Notes under the pieces: generated by a model
Told to the model about the DNA's origin: nothing
Databases searched by the model: none
What the model saw: the letters and a program-made list of their open reading frames with translations, nothing else
Shown: positions 60,039-64,000 of the stretch, in pieces
How the letters are laid out: each line of letters begins with the position of its first letter
Position numbering within the stretch: the first letter of the stretch is position 1
Source: Candidatus Sumerlaeia bacterium
GTDB lineage: Bacteria; Sumerlaeota; Sumerlaeia; SLMS01; JANRJK01
Length of the DNA stretch: 64,000 bases
Direction of reading: 5' to 3'
Assembly (NCBI GenBank): GCA_033764015.1
Contig: JANRJK010000043.1
Coordinates: 1 to 64,000 of the forward strand
Program-made: the position numbers and the translations under genes

Positions 60039-61184
60039 CTAAGGCGCCCCGCGCAGCTCGGCGACCCAATCCGCCGGGGGGAGGAGGAGGAGCCCGTCGC
60101 ACCCTTCCAGCAGCGACTTGGCGGCGTCCACCTTCCCCGTCGGCCCGAGGTCGTCCAGGAACAGGGCGCCTCGCATCCCGGTCGCGGGGGGAAGCAGTTC
60201 CCGCGCCGTCGAAAGCAGCGCCTCGCGGTTCACGCCGGGGGAGTAACCGGCGATAGCGGTTTCGCGCGGGTCCGCGCCGGGGGCCCAGAGCCCCAGCACC
60301 ACGTCATCCACCAAGTGTCCGGCGCCCGTCTCCCCGTAGTCGATCATCTCGCCCGAGGACCTGGGCGCAGCCCAGTTGAGCCCCCCGCGCAAGTGGGCGG
60401 GGTAGTGGCCGTCGACGAGGAGCGCGAGGCGCATCCGTGGCGCCGCCGCGCGCTGCCGCTCGCGCAGGCCCGCCACGAGGTCGCGGAGCGCCTGCGCGCG
60501 CCAGGCCACCCATGCGGGCGCCAATGGCCCGCGGCGGGCGCGCTCCGGCAGCACCTCCGCCGGCCAGTCCGTCGTCTCGACGCCGAACCAGCGCTCGAAC
60601 GCCGCCCGGGCGTCCACGCCGATGTCCGCGTGCGGCCCGCTCCAACGGACTCCGACCAAGAGCACTTCGTCCGGCCCGGAGGCCAGCAGCTCGTCCCATT
60701 CGGCGAGGATCGCGCGGTACACGTCGGGGATCGCCGGTGACCACTGCCGCGCGCGGCCGCCGTCCCGCTCCCCCTGGGCGGACTCCTGCATCCACGAGTT
60801 CAACGCGTCCGGGGGCGCCAGCAGCGGGGCGTAGGCGAGCGACACCCGGAGCCCCGTCGCGCGCGCCTCCTCGATGGTCCGCACCAGCCCCCCGTCCGCG
60901 AACAGCCGCCCGCCGTCCGGCGATTGCGCCTCGATGCACACCGAACCGAACCCCTCGGCGGCGAGCGTCGCGAAGAGCGCCCGCATCCGCGCCGTGTCGG
61001 CCAGCGTTTCACCGTGCGTGGACTGGGCGACGTATGCGGCGAGGCGCTCGCGCGGGTCCGGCGCGGCAAGGGCCGACGCGGACACCGCGCGGCCGGAAGC
61101 CGGCAACGGCGGGGGAGCGGCGCCGCGCCGGGGCCCGCAGGCCGCCAGCGCGAACGCCAGCGCGAGGAGCGCCGCGCGCGTCAC
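60039..61184 (-). CDS. Lipoprotein with possible GHL10/DUF187-like TIM barrel
   Basis: Lipobox LAAC; SP..P.V, RAAFERW and W.AWRA..L motifs resemble DUF187; GTG start overlaps upstream TGA. Confidence 0.62.
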   Translation of the reverse strand: MTRAALLALAFALAACGPRRGAAPPPLPASGRAVSASALAAPDPRERLAAYVAQSTHGETLADTARMRALFATLAAEGFGSVCIEAQSPDGGRLFADGGLVRTIEEARATGLRVSLAYAPLLAPPDALNSWMQESAQGERDGGRARQWSPAIPDVYRAILAEWDELLASGPDEVLLVGVRWSGPHADIGVDARAAFERWFGVETTDWPAEVLPERARRGPLAPAWVAWRAQALRDLVAGLRERQRAAAPRMRLALLVDGHYPAHLRGGLNWAAPRSSGEMIDYGETGAGHLVDDVVLGLWAPGADPRETAIAGYSPGVNREALLSTARELLPPATGMRGALFLDDLGPTGKVDAAKSLLEGCDGLLLLPPADWVAELRGAP

Positions 61185-64000
61185 TCCGTCAGCGACGAGA
61201 CGCGCTGCAGGCTGCCCTTCAGCGCGATCGTGAAGTTCGGCGCCACCGGGCGGTCCGCGTCCTCGCCCGTCAGCTCCCAGAGGTATTCGACCTCCTGCGA
61301 CGAGTTCGCCGCGATGCGCGGCACCACCACCTCGGCGATCAGGTTCTGCGGCGTCTGCGGCGCGATGCGGAAGAACTGCACCGCGACGCGTTGCGCGTCC
61401 GTTTCGCCGTCGTTGCGCACCGTGGCGACCAGCCGGATCGCCCGCGGGCCTGCCGGCTCCAGCCGGATGCCGTCCGGCACAAGCTTCCACTTGCTGCGGA
61501 TCGACAGCGGCAGCGCCACGCGGTTGTCCGACGAGTCCGACTCGGCAACCACCTCGCGCTCGTCGGCGACGACCCAGAGGCGCGTCTCTCCGACCGTGTC
61601 GAAGGGGTCCCAGCGCAGGCGGAACGGCGCCCGCCCGCGCGGCGCCAGCGCGGGGATGTCCACCGCGTGTTCACCGGTCATGCTGGGCACCGCTTCCCCC
61701 GGGGCGTTGTTTGCGTCGAGGAAGAGCCCCACGCGCGACTCGGGCGCGATTCCGCCGCCCTTGTTCACCACGTCGCCCTCGACGATCACGGTGACGCCCT
61801 GTGCCGGGCGCTCCGGCGTGATGCGCAGCGTAGCGCCGTCCACGGCGAGGTTGGGGAAGTCGGCGGAGTGGTACGCGCGCTTAGCGAGGAGTTCGCCGCT
61901 CCCCGGAAGCGTCGCGCGGATCGTTACGCCGCGCGTCGAGGTGTGCGGGATCGGGAACGTCCCCGTGGCGAACGCGGTCGCCCCCGGCGCGAGCGTGCCG
62001 GCGTTGAGCGTCTGCGGAGTTCCGACCGGCTCGCCGACGTCGGACACGGCCTCCAGCAGCACCGAGGCGTTCTTGATCTCTTCCGTGCCCTCGTTGCCAA
62101 CCGCGATACGCACCGGGATCGGGCCGTTGCGGATCGTGGCGCGGTCGAGGGTGGTCATTTCGTCGAAGACGATGAGACCAGCCTCCTCCGAACGCCGATT
62201 CGCGAGCGGTTGGACAACTACCGGACCGGGCGGCAGGGTGAGCGTTGGAGCGTCGGCTGCCGACTCGGCGAGCGAAAACTCGACACTCCGATTATCCGGC
62301 CCGAACACAAACCCGGGGAACATCCATTGGACGCGGGTGCGCCTAGGAGGGATGCTCGGAAAGTACGCACTAACACTCGTGCTATCAATAATCATTCCCA
62401 GATAGTCTGTTTCAACCGTCTCCGTAATCACGTGGCCCGTCAAGTTTTCCACATGGACCCGCAACGCCTGCGCCTCGACGCGCCGGATTGTGGCCTGCCC
62501 GCGGCGGTTGTGGATGAGCGCCCCGCCGCGCCCCAGCGATTCCTCGGCGGATGCGGAGACGCGCAGCGCCAGCGGGTAGTCGCGATGGGCAAGCGTTGGA
62601 AGATCCGCGGAGAAGCTGCTCTCCGTACTGGTGCCGCTGGCGACGACGCGCCCGCTTGAGGATTCGAGGCGCCAAGAGTAGCCCCCCCGCCCCTCGAAGT
62701 CCTCGGCGATCTTTGCCTCGACTTTTCCGTCGCGGACCGACGCCTCGACCGGCAGCCCCCACTCCGGCGCCGGCAGCCGCGACGCGGGCAGGCCGAGGTA
62801 AACGTACATGCGCGAGTGGTCGTCCGCCTGCCGCCGCGCGATGTACGCGAGGCGCGCCAGCTCGCTCGCCACGCCCAGCTCGCGCACATCGAGCACCGCC
62901 ACCGCGCGCATGCACGCCTGCGCGATGTCGATGTGCTGGTTCGGGTAGCCGGGGCCGGACGGCATGAACACGCCGACGGCGCCCCCCTCGGAGCGCACCA
63001 GGTCCTCCGCGATGCACACGTTCCAGCGCGGCATCGGGTAGTCGATCGCGCCGTTGTTGCAGGTGAACGACGTGACGAAGGCGAGCCGCTCGCGGTTCGT
63101 CAGCGAGAGGTTGTCGCTGTTCCGCGAGTCCCCTCCGAACCACACGCGCTGGTTGCTCCAGAGGTTCGGCGCGCCGTGGCCGAAGAAGTTGATGATGCCG
63201 GTGCCCTCGTCGAAGGCGCGCTGGATCTCCGCCGTCGCGAGCGGCGCCACCTTCCGGTCCTCGTCGCGCAGCACCTCCGCGGGGAGGAAGTAATTGTCCT
63301 CCCAAGGCAGGTCGCCGATGCGCAGGAACCGGTGCGGGTAGCCGTTATCGACGCCGTGGTCGAGGAGCTTGGCGGACTCGGTCTCGAAGATGCCGAAGTC
63401 GGTGATCGTGAGCGTGTCGAGCGCCCAATCCTGCGGCGGCAGCGCGGCGTACGAGATGATCTTGTCGACCACGCGCTCCGCGTCCGCCTCGTTGTTCACG
63501 GAAATGCGCCCCACCAACACGTCCGCCAACTCGTCGTCGCCGCTCAGCCAGGCGTACACCTGGTCCGTGGCGAACTGGTCGCGCTGGCGGCGGTCCGGGT
63601 CGGTGAAGGACCACGTCGGCACGTAGTTGCGGATCCCGTTGCGCGCGAGGCCGCGCCCGTCGCTGGTGCAGTCGCCCACCAGCACCACGCTGTGCGGCTT
63701 GGCGGCGCCCGGCGCCGCGAGCAGGCCGCGCAGGAACATGCGCACCGCCCCGAAGTTCTCCACGCCGCCGGTGTGGCGCTCGTAAAGGTCCACTACATCC
63801 ACCACCGATGCGGTGCCTCCCTGTGCGCGTAGGTGGGCAGCGAGGCGATCCGCCGCCGCGCGGAGTTCCGGATGGGTGATCACGACCGTGTCGGCGGCGA
63901 AGTCCTCCGCCGGCGTTGCGGTCCAGGAGGAACGCAGCGGGGCTGGCGCCTCGGGGATCGCGGCGTCCTCCACGACAAGCACCTCGCGGTGCGCGCCGGG
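61181..64000 (-). CDS. Peptidase C25 (gingipain/PorU-like) with C-terminal CARDB/Ig-like domains; 5' end beyond window
   Basis: VLVGD, D..YA, VGRI.V, V.KII.Y, FFGHG (catalytic His), FTC (catalytic Cys) and YLG.P motifs; then V.N.G / V.E....DN CARDB-like repeats. Confidence 0.88.
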   Translation of the reverse strand, partial: PGAHREVLVVEDAAIPEAPAPLRSSWTATPAEDFAADTVVITHPELRAAADRLAAHLRAQGGTASVVDVVDLYERHTGGVENFGAVRMFLRGLLAAPGAAKPHSVVLVGDCTSDGRGLARNGIRNYVPTWSFTDPDRRQRDQFATDQVYAWLSGDDELADVLVGRISVNNEADAERVVDKIISYAALPPQDWALDTLTITDFGIFETESAKLLDHGVDNGYPHRFLRIGDLPWEDNYFLPAEVLRDEDRKVAPLATAEIQRAFDEGTGIINFFGHGAPNLWSNQRVWFGGDSRNSDNLSLTNRERLAFVTSFTCNNGAIDYPMPRWNVCIAEDLVRSEGGAVGVFMPSGPGYPNQHIDIAQACMRAVAVLDVRELGVASELARLAYIARRQADDHSRMYVYLGLPASRLPAPEWGLPVEASVRDGKVEAKIAEDFEGRGGYSWRLESSSGRVVASGTSTESSFSADLPTLAHRDYPLALRVSASAEESLGRGGALIHNRRGQATIRRVEAQALRVHVENLTGHVITETVETDYLGMIIDSTSVSAYFPSIPPRRTRVQWMFPGFVFGPDNRSVEFSLAESAADAPTLTLPPGPVVVQPLANRRSEEAGLIVFDEMTTLDRATIRNGPIPVRIAVGNEGTEEIKNASVLLEAVSDVGEPVGTPQTLNAGTLAPGATAFATGTFPIPHTSTRGVTIRATLPGSGELLAKRAYHSADFPNLAVDGATLRITPERPAQGVTVIVEGDVVNKGGGIAPESRVGLFLDANNAPGEAVPSMTGEHAVDIPALAPRGRAPFRLRWDPFDTVGETRLWVVADEREVVAESDSSDNRVALPLSIRSKWKLVPDGIRLEPAGPRAIRLVATVRNDGETDAQRVAVQFFRIAPQTPQNLIAEVVVPRIAANSSQEVEYLWELTGEDADRPVAPNFTIALKGSLQRVSSLTE

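Noticed and set aside
61181..64000. Diversity-generating retroelement target suggested by the variable patch in the C25 gene
   Set aside because: No reverse transcriptase and no template/variable repeat pair seen in the window.
1..64000. tRNA or rRNA genes, prophage or integrase
   Set aside because: None recognised; intergenic gaps are short and show no cloverleaf or phage hallmarks by eye.

Overview
High-GC (~70% by eye) bacterial chromosomal window. The left end holds a partial IS5-family element next to a complete type II-C CRISPR-Cas locus: 18 x 37-nt repeats with 17 x 30-nt spacers, cas2, cas1, a ~1049-aa cas9, and a tracrRNA I located by eye at ~5935-6055, directly upstream of the cas9 RBS on the opposite strand. 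The rest is mostly housekeeping and envelope genes: amtB, a cytochrome c/PQQ sugar dehydrogenase fusion, DUF4912, a PpiD-like chaperone, a TPR protein, an ArfB-like factor, sucAB, fabH, pstSCAB, thyX, polA, nupC, a threonine aldolase, a PilB/GspE ATPase, mlaE, sucC and a C25 peptidase. There are also three GT4 and three GT-C-like glycosyltransferases, a tandem pair of RlaP-like nucleotidyltransferases and a second, full-length IS5 element. The most unusual observations are: (1) a PurE-TsaC/YrdC fusion with altered motifs; (2) a YYY/TIGR03663-like GT-C pair; (3) a secreted beta-propeller protein ending in a W-x-L-Y tail, with a PorU/gingipain-like C25 peptidase in the same window, possibly a surface-protein sorting system; (4) a ureohydrolase lacking metal ligands, coupled to an orphan PilB; (5) the tracrRNA/cas9-leader overlap; (6) a GT4 gene with no canonical start codon before its conserved N-terminus. 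The W-x-L-Y tail and gene mix suggest Candidatus Sumerlaeota, but this is unverified recall. All calls come from reading motifs by eye; no database searches were run.
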